Positions 20,014 through 28,401 of a DNA stretch of 64,000 nucleotides are shown here, piece by piece. Below the pieces are notes generated by a model that was not told the origin of the DNA, did not search any database, and worked only from the letters and a program-made list of their open reading frames with translations. The position numbers and the translations under genes are program-made. Within the stretch, counting starts at the first letter, position 1. Each line of letters begins with the position of its first letter. Source of the DNA: Desulfatiglandales bacterium (GTDB lineage Bacteria; Desulfobacterota; DSM-4660; Desulfatiglandales; HGW-15); contig CAXXJJ010000001.1 in NCBI GenBank assembly GCA_963667015.2, positions 1,248,001 through 1,312,000 on the forward strand, given 5' to 3'.

Positions 20014-20952
20014 TTATTTAAACCTTGTTTTTTCGAGTGTCTCACAAATAAAGTTGTTCCAGAAATCATTATCAACCTTTTCAGGTAAATTACTTTTCTT
20101 TATCAGTTCTTCAACCTCTTCCATTAATGATTCTAAAGCAGGGGCTACGTCTTTTGAATAGTCAAGATCTCCTGATTTAACCGATAATAAAAAAGATGCA
20201 TCCTTCAGTGGAAAAGTAATTGTGCCGTTAACCAGAATCTCTTTAGTCTGGATAGCCGCTCTCAATGCATGGGATATTGCTTTCCAGTCTATATTTTTAT
20301 TTTCAGCAGCCAGTTTGGCTCGATGACCATATTCATCATAAAAATTTCTCAGGATCGGTAGCACATATCCAATAGTAGCTGTTTCCTGAAAGGTTTTACC
20401 ACATATCTGGTATTGTCTGACACCGTTAGGGTTGAGACCAACGTCATAGCAATACTCGTTTATTGGCAACTCATCCCAAATATCTTTGAGCTTATGATTT
20501 TCATCAGATTTTTTAAAAATTGAAATAACCTGAGATACTGCATTGAGTCTCGATCCTTTAATTCCATATTTACTTGCCTGGCGCCGAGCGTAATTTATAA
20601 ATGAGCTGAGATTTTTTGTGTAGAACTTTTGCCTGTTCTTAACAATATCCTTCCATATTTCACTGTTCACAACCAGCATACTTTCCGGAGCATGAAGCAT
20701 ATCCATTGCTGCTGTCTGGCCATCAATAGCAAGTTTTATAAAATAATGAAGTGAATATATTTCTTCATCCACATCACCTGCACTATTTTTTTCTTTATCA
20801 CTGCCAGTGGAATAATTAAGGCATTTTGGAATATCATTTAATAATATTCCATCTTTTGTAGGCAAATAAACCCCTTTATAGTCAATATCCGAACTATCGG
20901 TGTTTGTCCCATATAGATGCGAGCCGAATTTCATTTTTACTATTAGATCCAT
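20014..20952 (-). CDS. Pol-beta-superfamily nucleotidyltransferase (second RlaP-like clade)
   Basis: FGSHLYGTNT..SDIDYKGVY, YARRQA.KYGIKGSR, DWKAISHALR. Confidence 0.82.
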   Translation of the reverse strand: MDLIVKMKFGSHLYGTNTDSSDIDYKGVYLPTKDGILLNDIPKCLNYSTGSDKEKNSAGDVDEEIYSLHYFIKLAIDGQTAAMDMLHAPESMLVVNSEIWKDIVKNRQKFYTKNLSSFINYARRQASKYGIKGSRLNAVSQVISIFKKSDENHKLKDIWDELPINEYCYDVGLNPNGVRQYQICGKTFQETATIGYVLPILRNFYDEYGHRAKLAAENKNIDWKAISHALRAAIQTKEILVNGTITFPLKDASFLLSVKSGDLDYSKDVAPALESLMEEVEELIKKSNLPEKVDNDFWNNFICETLEKTRFK

Positions 20953-21098
20953 GTTATAACCCTATTTTATATTTAAATTATGTGCAACCGGGAATGATAA
21001 TTATTGTGAATTCGGACAGCTTGTCATTGTAAATTCCTTTTGATAATATGTCCGATGTAAAAACATCCAAGCCTTAAATTATACATGGAGATTAAAAA

Positions 21099-21311
21099 AT
21101 GAAGAACTCTGATAATATTATAAGAGAGGCATTAACACTTAACCCTTCTGAAAAGGCACAACTTATTGATAAGTTGATTTCTTCCCTGGATAAGTCTGAC
21201 AGGGAAATAGATGAATTATGGGCCAAAGAAGCTGAGGACAGAATCGAAGCCTATAATACGGGAAAATTGAAAGCGATATCATTGGAAAAGGTTCTTCAAA
21301 AATACAGGTAA
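21099..21311 (+). CDS. Putative addiction-module antitoxin (TIGR02574-like)
   Basis: AL.L.P.EKA.L...L..SLD...IDELWA.EA..R..AY..G. Confidence 0.8.
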   Translation: MKNSDNIIREALTLNPSEKAQLIDKLISSLDKSDREIDELWAKEAEDRIEAYNTGKLKAISLEKVLQKYR

Positions 21312-21317
21312 ATATTA

Positions 21318-21375
21318 ATGAAGATAAATTATCTGGAAATCGCATAATATGAACTGGAAGGGTAGAATATAAAAT
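21318..21375 (+). pseudogene. RelE/ParE toxin remnant
   Basis: ATG AAG ATA AAT TAT CTG GAA ATC GCA TAA TAT GAA CTG GAA = MKINYLEIA*YELE, ParE-like N-terminus with a premature stop. Confidence 0.5.
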
Positions 21376-21948
21376 TCCATCGTTTTATTTGGCACCACGT
21401 TGACTTCTGACCTCCGATCTCTGGCTTCTGATCACTGGTCTTTTAACTTTACCTAACAATCTATAGACTAAAAAGCTTCAGCCTGTTTCAATAATCTTGC
21501 ACCTTGAATATTGAATCTTGAATTATTCTTAAATAAGTTTTAAGAATAACAGTATCTTTTCGGGTATAATGAAATTCTGAAAAAAAGCGGCTAGACGCAC
21601 CATATAAAATTTACTAATAGTATTTTTATTGTCATTTCTTGATATAATTGGTGAATCCAGTTGTTATTGATTTGTAATTAATTGTCCAACTCCGACAGAT
21701 TGAGCATTAACCAATATCAAAGGGTGACCTAAATTCACGATTCATGGTATTATATATGTGTAAAAATATTCTTTACGCCAATGTTGATTACATGATATAT
21801 GCTCTCCTAACTCATTTGATATATATGTTATTCTGGATTCTAACTATATTTGAAATTCATTAATTAATCCAAGATCTGTTTTTTACTCCCACTCCTTATG
21901 AACAGCGAGGTTGCAGTAAAACTAAAGAGTCTTCAAAAGGAGGCAAGT

Positions 21949-22917
21949 ATGGCAACCGCCGAACAAATTAAATCATTGATAAGATCTCATCTCAACGATG
22001 ATGCTGAACGATTTTATTCAATTGCTTTGCAGGTGGCTGCGCATGAGGCAAAACAGGGGCATACTGCCCTGGCTCATGATATCCGAAATATAGTAGACAA
22101 CGCGCGAAAAACTAAAGGTGCCGTGGTTATTCGCTTCCCAAAGGACATGCTTGGATTGGTTATTTCTGAAAATCCGAGTATATCCAAATCAGCACTTGTT
22201 ATTCCCACAGTTCTTGAAGAACGCATTATGCGGATTATTCATGAATATAAGCAGCAAAACAAATTAAAGTCTCATGGCTTGAGCAATCGACGTAAAGTGC
22301 TGCTCATTGGGCCTCCCGGTACAGGAAAGACAATGACTGCAAAAGTACTTGCCTGTGAATTACACCTGCCGCTGCATACCATTCAGGTAGACCGATTGGT
22401 TACAAAGTTTATGGGAGAAACCAGTTCAAAACTTCGCCAGATATTCGATCTTATTCAGAATGAAACCGGAGTCTATTTTTTTGACGAATTTGATGCAATT
22501 GGCGGAGAACGTTCTCTTGAAAATGACGTGGGTGAAATGCGAAGAGTACTGAATTCTTTTCTACAATTCATTGAGCAGGATTCATCAGACAATATAATAG
22601 TTGCGGCAACCAACAGTCCAAAGCTGCTGGATCGGGCACTTTTCAGAAGATTTGATGACGTTATGTATTATGAACAGCCAACTGATGATGATCGCAGACG
22701 ATTGATTGAAAATGTTCTGGGTAAATATCTTCGTCCTCGCCCTTCTTGGAAAAAGATTATCCAGGAGAGCAGCGAATTGAGCCATGCGGAAATTGATCTG
22801 GCATGCCGTGATGCAATAAAAAACGCTATTTTATCAGGGCAATCCGAAGTTGATACAAACACAATAGTCAATACTTTAAAAGAACGCCTTGATGTACATA
22901 AAGGACTGCGGAGGTAA
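21949..22917 (+). CDS. ietA: AAA+ ATPase, IetA-like
   Basis: GPPGTGKT, FFDEFDAIG, VAATN, LDRALFRRFD; start refined to MATAEQ after AAGGAGG. Confidence 0.85.
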   Translation: MATAEQIKSLIRSHLNDDAERFYSIALQVAAHEAKQGHTALAHDIRNIVDNARKTKGAVVIRFPKDMLGLVISENPSISKSALVIPTVLEERIMRIIHEYKQQNKLKSHGLSNRRKVLLIGPPGTGKTMTAKVLACELHLPLHTIQVDRLVTKFMGETSSKLRQIFDLIQNETGVYFFDEFDAIGGERSLENDVGEMRRVLNSFLQFIEQDSSDNIIVAATNSPKLLDRALFRRFDDVMYYEQPTDDDRRRLIENVLGKYLRPRPSWKKIIQESSELSHAEIDLACRDAIKNAILSGQSEVDTNTIVNTLKERLDVHKGLRR

Positions 22918-22927
22918 AAATCCCTAA

Positions 22928-25456
22928 GTGGCAGAAACCAGGCTCCCTCATATCCTTCTTCGTGACAAACCTGAAAACAGCATTTTTACAAGTACATTAT
23001 CCAACCCTAAAAAACCCAATATCCCACTACGCCAACGCGATTTACATAGCAAATTTTTAAAAAGCAGGCTTGAGCAGGCCTGGTATTCAGCAGAAAACGA
23101 ACGGGCAGTTGCGCATATCGAAAGAAACGGTGTGTATATTGAATTTAAAAGTGACCCCGGTGCTGATTTGGTAATCAAGAGCCTCGAAGATCTTAAGTCC
23201 AAAAAGGTACGATTGCTTAATGTCAGGACCGAAAAAGAAATTGTTCCCGATATTACAACCGATGAATCCAAGGAAGTGGTTACTACATATGCAACAGTGT
23301 ATGTGGCAAACGAAAAGAAAGGTCACTTTTTAAAAAAAATTGAAGAGTACGCTAAAAAAGAAAATCAAAAAGGTATCCCCAAAAACTCTAATCTGATAAA
23401 CAGCATTGCGGATATTCGAAAAGCACTGGCCATAGAATCATTTTGGCAGGATGATCCTTCGTTAATTCCAGATGATTCACCTCAATGGTGCGAAATATGG
23501 CTGAGCAGTGATGCTGTTGAAGTTATATCAAGATTTGAGAATCTATTGAAACAATTAAATCTTCCATCAAAGACTGGTGTGATACGCTTCCCTGAAAGAG
23601 CTGTTAAAGTTGTTTTTGTAAATGTAGAACAATTATCCCAAATTTCAATGCTGTCCGACGATATAGCTGAATACCGCCATGCAAAAACCACTGCTGAATT
23701 CTGGACTGAATTACAAAACAAAGAACAGACGCAATGGGTGCAAAACCTGCTTAACCGAAGCCGGTATCAAAATACCAATGATATTTCTGTGTGTCTTTTA
23801 GATACTGGCGTTAATAATGGTCATCCGTTGATTTCTCCGGTGCTGAGCGATATTGACTGCCAAGCAGTGAACTCTTCATGGGGAACACATGACCATGACA
23901 AACATGGTACCTTAATGGCAGGCATTGCCGCATATGGAGACTTGGTAAAAGCTCTTATGGATGATGGACCAATAGACATCAATCATTGCCTTGAATCCGT
24001 CAAGATATTACCAAAAGAAGGTTCTAATCCAACTGAATTATGGGGAGATATCACATCTCAGGGAGTCAGCCTGGCAGAAATACAGGCCCCGGAGCGAAAG
24101 CGGATATTTTGTATGGCTGTAGCCGCTGATGACACCCGTGACCGTGGACGGCCGAGTTCATGGTCCGGTCAACTGGATCAAATAATTGCAGGGGTTGATG
24201 ATGACAATAGACGGCTTATGATAGTAAGTGCAGGAAATTCTGATCCAGGCTATAGGAATGAATATCCCGACGCTCAAATAACAGATTCAATACATGATCC
24301 GGCGCAGTCCTGGAATGCTTTAACTGTTGGGGCATTTACTGAACTCGATACAATACAGGATATGACCTATGAAGGATATACCCCCATAGCACCAAAAGGC
24401 GGTTTATCTCCTTTTTCGACAACATCCTGTACTTGGGAAGACAAATGGCCCATAAAACCAGAAATTGTTATGGAAGGAGGCAATTTGGCTTGTGATGAGA
24501 ATGGTTTTGCATCTGAATGTGAGGATCTTTCACTTCTTTCAACCTTTTTTGATCCACAGACTAAACATTTCTTTCCATTTAGCATGACAAGTGCCGCATG
24601 TTCCCAGGCAGCCCGAATGGCAGCACATATCCAGTCCCAATATCCGGATTTCTGGCCTGAAACAATTCGCGCATTAATGGTTCACTCTGCTGACTGGCCT
24701 GATGCCCTTTGGGAGCAGTTTAGCGGTAACGGGTCAAAAACCGATATTAAAAAGCTGTTAAGGGTTTGCGGTTATGGTGTCCCCGATCTGGAGCGTGCTT
24801 TATATAGTGCATCGAATTCTCTAACTCTGATTGCACAGGCGGTGCTTCAGCCCTTTGATAAAAAAAGAGATGATGAGGGAAAAACAAAATCAGGTCATCG
24901 AACAAAGGATATGCATCTTTATGAATTGCCATGGCCTAAAGAGGTACTGCAAGGTTTACCGGAAGGCACTGACGTGGAGATGCGGGTAACATTGTCCTAT
25001 TTTATTGAACCCGGTCCTGGAGAGATTGGATGGAAGGATCGCTACCGGTATGCTTCTCACGGATTGCGATTTGATTTAAAATCACCAACTGAAAGTAAAG
25101 ACCAGTTTATCAAGCGTATTAACAAAGCGGCCAGGGATGAGGAAGAAGGGCATCCTGGGACACAAAGCCCTAAAGATTACTGGAAGATAGGACAGGCGCG
25201 TGATCGTGGCTCAATTCATTCGGACATCTGGTGGAACGGGACAGCATCCGAGCTGGCCGACTCTAACATTATTTCAATTTCTCCCCGTATAGGCTGGTGG
25301 CGGGAACGTGCCCATTTGGGAAGATGGGATCGCAGTACAAGGTATTCGCTGGTTGTATCAATTACAACACCGGAAGAAATTGTAGACTTGTATACACCGG
25401 TTGCTATACAGGTTGGTATCCCAGCTGTCACAACGCCAATTGAGGTTACAATATGA
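22928..25456 (+). CDS. ietS: S8 subtilase-family serine protease, IetS-like
   Basis: LLDTG, HGTLMAG, SAGN, KPEIVMEGGN, MTSAA, WPETIRALMVHSA; immediately after the ATPase. Confidence 0.88.
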   Translation: MAETRLPHILLRDKPENSIFTSTLSNPKKPNIPLRQRDLHSKFLKSRLEQAWYSAENERAVAHIERNGVYIEFKSDPGADLVIKSLEDLKSKKVRLLNVRTEKEIVPDITTDESKEVVTTYATVYVANEKKGHFLKKIEEYAKKENQKGIPKNSNLINSIADIRKALAIESFWQDDPSLIPDDSPQWCEIWLSSDAVEVISRFENLLKQLNLPSKTGVIRFPERAVKVVFVNVEQLSQISMLSDDIAEYRHAKTTAEFWTELQNKEQTQWVQNLLNRSRYQNTNDISVCLLDTGVNNGHPLISPVLSDIDCQAVNSSWGTHDHDKHGTLMAGIAAYGDLVKALMDDGPIDINHCLESVKILPKEGSNPTELWGDITSQGVSLAEIQAPERKRIFCMAVAADDTRDRGRPSSWSGQLDQIIAGVDDDNRRLMIVSAGNSDPGYRNEYPDAQITDSIHDPAQSWNALTVGAFTELDTIQDMTYEGYTPIAPKGGLSPFSTTSCTWEDKWPIKPEIVMEGGNLACDENGFASECEDLSLLSTFFDPQTKHFFPFSMTSAACSQAARMAAHIQSQYPDFWPETIRALMVHSADWPDALWEQFSGNGSKTDIKKLLRVCGYGVPDLERALYSASNSLTLIAQAVLQPFDKKRDDEGKTKSGHRTKDMHLYELPWPKEVLQGLPEGTDVEMRVTLSYFIEPGPGEIGWKDRYRYASHGLRFDLKSPTESKDQFIKRINKAARDEEEGHPGTQSPKDYWKIGQARDRGSIHSDIWWNGTASELADSNIISISPRIGWWRERAHLGRWDRSTRYSLVVSITTPEEIVDLYTPVAIQVGIPAVTTPIEVTI

Positions 25457-25578
25457 GAATTGTGAAATCATGGAAGCACTGGGGCCTGCCCTTTGTATGT
25501 AACCTTTAAATTAGCGGAGAGTGTAGGATCTGGACACCTACGAATAAATTTGTTTTAAGAGAATAAATAAAAAAATAT

Positions 25579-25607
25579 TTGACATGAAAATATTTATTGT
25601 ATATGTT
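25579..25607 (+). promoter_or_regulatory. Sigma70-type promoter of the leader-tRNA-rtcB-prfH operon
   Basis: TTGACA (25579-84), 17 nt, TATGTT (25602-07), A-rich upstream. Confidence 0.7.
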
Positions 25608-25655
25608 GCGCCTCCAAAACATGTAAAACTAAATTAACAAAAAAGGAATATCATA

Positions 25656-25733
25656 ATGAAACTATCTCAAACGACATATCAGAGCTTGTATTTATATTCG
25701 CTCTACCTGGTAATGGAGCGCGTTGGGGGATAG
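25656..25733 (+). CDS. Putative attenuator leader peptide MKLSQTTYQSLYLYSLYLVMERVGG
   Basis: SD AAGGA; 4 Tyr and 5 Leu in 25 aa; between the promoter and tandem terminators. Not in the ORF track. Confidence 0.75.
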   Translation: MKLSQTTYQSLYLYSLYLVMERVGG

Positions 25734-25755
25734 CTTTATTTAAATAATATTTTTT

Positions 25756-25793
25756 AAAAAAGGGCATTCACCATCGTGTGGATGCCCTTTTTT
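25756..25793 (+). terminator. Attenuator terminator hairpin 1
   Basis: GGGCATTCAC-loop-GTGGATGCCC followed by T6. Confidence 0.8.
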
Positions 25794-25801
25794 ATTTCTG
25801 T

Positions 25802-25840
25802 AAAAGGGCGTCACTTTGTGTGAGTGAATGCCCTTTTTTT
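25802..25840 (+). terminator. Attenuator terminator hairpin 2
   Basis: GGGCGTCACTT-loop-GAGTGAATGCCC followed by T7, ending 2 nt before tRNA-Tyr. Confidence 0.8.
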
Positions 25841-25842
25841 AT

Positions 25843-25925
25843 GAGTCGGTAGACCGTAAATGGTAGCGGGCCGGACTGTAAATCCGGTGCTTATAGCCCT
25901 GATGGTTCAAGTCCATCCCGGCGCA
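25843..25925 (+). tRNA. tRNA-Tyr(GTA), atypical
   Basis: Anticodon arm CCGGA-CTGTAAA-TCCGG, long variable arm, T arm GATGG-TTCAAGT-CCATC, acceptor GAGTCGG/CCGGCGC, discriminator A, followed by TCA. Confidence 0.85.
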
Positions 25926-25939
25926 TCACATTAATTTTA

Positions 25940-26024
25940 GGGGGAGTGGTGGAGTAGGTATACACGCTGGTTTTAAACACCAGTGTCAAGGACATGCGAG
26001 TTCAAATCTCGTCTCCCCCCACCA
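25940..26024 (+). tRNA. tRNA-Leu(TAA)
   Basis: D stem GTG/CAC, anticodon arm CTGGT-TTTAAAC-ACCAG, variable arm TGTC/GACA, T arm GCGAG-TTCAAAT-CTCGT, ends ACCA. Confidence 0.88.
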
Positions 26025-26103
26025 TTATCAACCTTTAATCAGAAACGGAGGTGCATCATGCCTAACTATAATAAATATTCGGAACAGGGCAACTTTTGAA
26101 TCC

Positions 26104-26298
26104 ATGAGCAAACGAAGGAAAGGATATCCGTCAGAATCAAGTGTAAAACGCGGTGTACAAATAGTTCATGGAGATAAAGAACTGGTAGAAAAACTAGGAC
26201 GGAATGATCCGTGTCCATGCGGATCAGCAAAGAAGTTCAAAAACTGCTGCATGAAAAAGAAACGATATCAAGGATCATTACGTGATTATTACTTTTAG
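26104..26298 (+). CDS. SEC-C motif small protein (possibly starting at 26058 via +1 frameshift)
   Basis: [19 protein letters not shown]; strong SD lies before ATG 26058, not 26104. Confidence 0.8.
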   Translation: MSKRRKGYPSESSVKRGVQIVHGDKELVEKLGRNDPCPCGSAKKFKNCCMKKKRYQGSLRDYYF

Positions 26299-26311
26299 GG
26301 AATGAAAAACC

Positions 26312-26336
26312 GGTCGGGAATAAATCCCGACCCTAC
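26312..26336. repeat. GTAG-type REP palindrome (reverse orientation)
   Basis: GGTCGGGAATAAATCCCGACCCTAC. Confidence 0.65.
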
Positions 26337-26391
26337 ATTTTGAAACCAGTGAAAATTTATTAATATTTAAATAAAAGGAAACTATATCTAT

Positions 26392-27516
26392 ATGATTGAA
26401 CTATCGGAAAACATAAAGCTTTATGCAAATGATGATCTCTGGATTGAAGGTGATGCAGTAAACCAGTTACATAAAGTTGCTGAACTTGAAGGAGTCGAAG
26501 AAGCTGTCGGATTTCCTGACCTGCATCCAGGTAAGGATGGTCCTGTTGGGGCCGCTTTCGCCAGTGAGGGCATATTCTATCCGCATCTTATTGGTAACGA
26601 TATTGGGTGTGGAATGGGGTTATGGCGAACATCCTTAAAGGCTAACAAGATTAAACGAGATAAGTGGGTTAAGAAACTTACAGGTCTGGAACATCCATGG
26701 GACGGTGATATCAACGAATGGCTTGAAGAGCGCGGCGAGCCTTTAACACCATTTGATCAGGCCCTTGGAATAATTGGAGGAGGAAACCATTTTGCAGAAC
26801 TGCAGAAAGTTGAGAAGGTTCTGGATGATAAAGAATTTGAAGCAATCGGACTTGATAATAAAAACCTTGTGCTGCTTGTTCACAGCGGGTCCAGGGCGTT
26901 TGGCGAACAGATACTGCGAAGGCATGTAGATGTGAACAGGCATGGAGGTCTGTTAGAAGATTCAGAAGATTCACAGGCTTATATTGCACAGCATGATTCT
27001 GCTGTAAAATGGGCAGTATCTAACCGTGCCTTAATTGCCTATCGGTTTGTACTTAAACTCGGCGGTAAATGTGAGCCTGTATTAGATGTGGAGCATAATA
27101 GTATTTCTAAATTTAAAGATGGAGCAAGGGGGTACTGGCTGCATCGAAAAGGAGTTGTTCCTTCAAATAAAGGTCCTGTTGTAATTCCTGGTTCACGGGG
27201 AACTCTCAGCTACATTGTACAACCGGTTGGTGATCATAGAAATAATCTGTACTCGCTTGTGCATGGGGCAGGGCGTAAATGGAACAGGAGCAGCTGCAAA
27301 GGCAAATTAAAGGGGAAATACAGGGCTGAATCTCTTACCCATACTTCTCTGGGCAGTGCTGTAATCTGCGATGATAAAGAACTGCTTTATGAAGAAGCAC
27401 CCCAGGCCTATAAAAACATAGACGCTATTATTGAATATTTACAAAGTGAAGGCTTAATAAAAGTTATAGCGACATTAAGGCCTGTTATTACCTATAAAAT
27501 GAGGAAGAAAAGATGA
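26392..27516 (+). CDS. rtcB: RtcB-family RNA ligase, release-factor-H-coupled (RtcB2)
   Basis: WIEG.A..QL, PDLHPG, GNDIGCGM, GGGNHFAELQ, VHSGSR, HRKG, HGAGRKW, YEEAP.AYK. Confidence 0.93.
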   Translation: MIELSENIKLYANDDLWIEGDAVNQLHKVAELEGVEEAVGFPDLHPGKDGPVGAAFASEGIFYPHLIGNDIGCGMGLWRTSLKANKIKRDKWVKKLTGLEHPWDGDINEWLEERGEPLTPFDQALGIIGGGNHFAELQKVEKVLDDKEFEAIGLDNKNLVLLVHSGSRAFGEQILRRHVDVNRHGGLLEDSEDSQAYIAQHDSAVKWAVSNRALIAYRFVLKLGGKCEPVLDVEHNSISKFKDGARGYWLHRKGVVPSNKGPVVIPGSRGTLSYIVQPVGDHRNNLYSLVHGAGRKWNRSSCKGKLKGKYRAESLTHTSLGSAVICDDKELLYEEAPQAYKNIDAIIEYLQSEGLIKVIATLRPVITYKMRKKR

Positions 27517-28166
27517 TAAACTGGCTACAAGTAACATCAGGCAGAGGACCTTTAGAGTGCTGCTGGGTTGTGACACAGCTCATTAAAAGCATTACACGTG
27601 AAGCTGAAAAACAGAGTGTCAAAATAAGTCTTCTGGAATGTCTGCAATCTGAGAAACCCGGCATATACAAATCTGTGCTGCTGGCCATAGAGGGAGATAA
27701 ACTGGAGGCTTTCACGCAACAATGGAAAGGTACATTGCAGTGGATAGGAAACAGTATGTTCAGGAAAACCCATAAACGTAAAAACTGGTTTGTCGGTATC
27801 AACTGTCTTGTACCACCGGATTTAAATGATTGGGATGAAGAGGAAGTGCGTTTTGAAAGAATGAAGACTTCAGGCCCAGGTGGGCAGCATGTAAATAAAA
27901 CGGAATCAGCTATTCGCGCAATACATATGCCCACTGGAATCAAAGCGGTTGCACAGGAGGAGAGGTCTCAGCATCTCAATAAAAAACTGGCAATTGCGAG
28001 ATTGTTTATCTTACTAAAAGAAAAGGAGGAAAAGATCCTGGAAGAAAATAAAAAGACACGCTGGAAAGAGCATTATCAGCTTGAAAGGGGAAATCCGATA
28101 AGAGTGTATAAAGGGAAGGATTTCCAGCCCATTCTTGTTTCTTCCAGAGGAGTGTATCGGGGGTGA
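27513..28166 (+). CDS. prfH: Peptide chain release factor H
   Basis: WLQVTSGRGPLECC, W.GT.QW, RKNWFVG, SGPGGQHVNKTES, ERSQH.N, LERGNP; ATGA overlap with rtcB. Confidence 0.93.
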   Translation: MINWLQVTSGRGPLECCWVVTQLIKSITREAEKQSVKISLLECLQSEKPGIYKSVLLAIEGDKLEAFTQQWKGTLQWIGNSMFRKTHKRKNWFVGINCLVPPDLNDWDEEEVRFERMKTSGPGGQHVNKTESAIRAIHMPTGIKAVAQEERSQHLNKKLAIARLFILLKEKEEKILEENKKTRWKEHYQLERGNPIRVYKGKDFQPILVSSRGVYRG

Positions 28167-28401
28167 ATTCAATTTCCTTCCCCCAGTTTCCGTTCCGATA
28201 TTGCCCCCTCTGCCTACAACTGGAGCGTTCCATTCCTGTTGATGATGGTTCAATAAACGTTTGGCGGGATGTTGTCGAGCCTCAGCAAACAGTTAATCTC
28301 CAAGGAAAAATCTTAATTTATCATCCAAACATCAGATTGTAAAAGAGACGGATCATATGTTATAGAAAATACACTAAATAATCCTAATTAAAGGTGAACT
28401 G

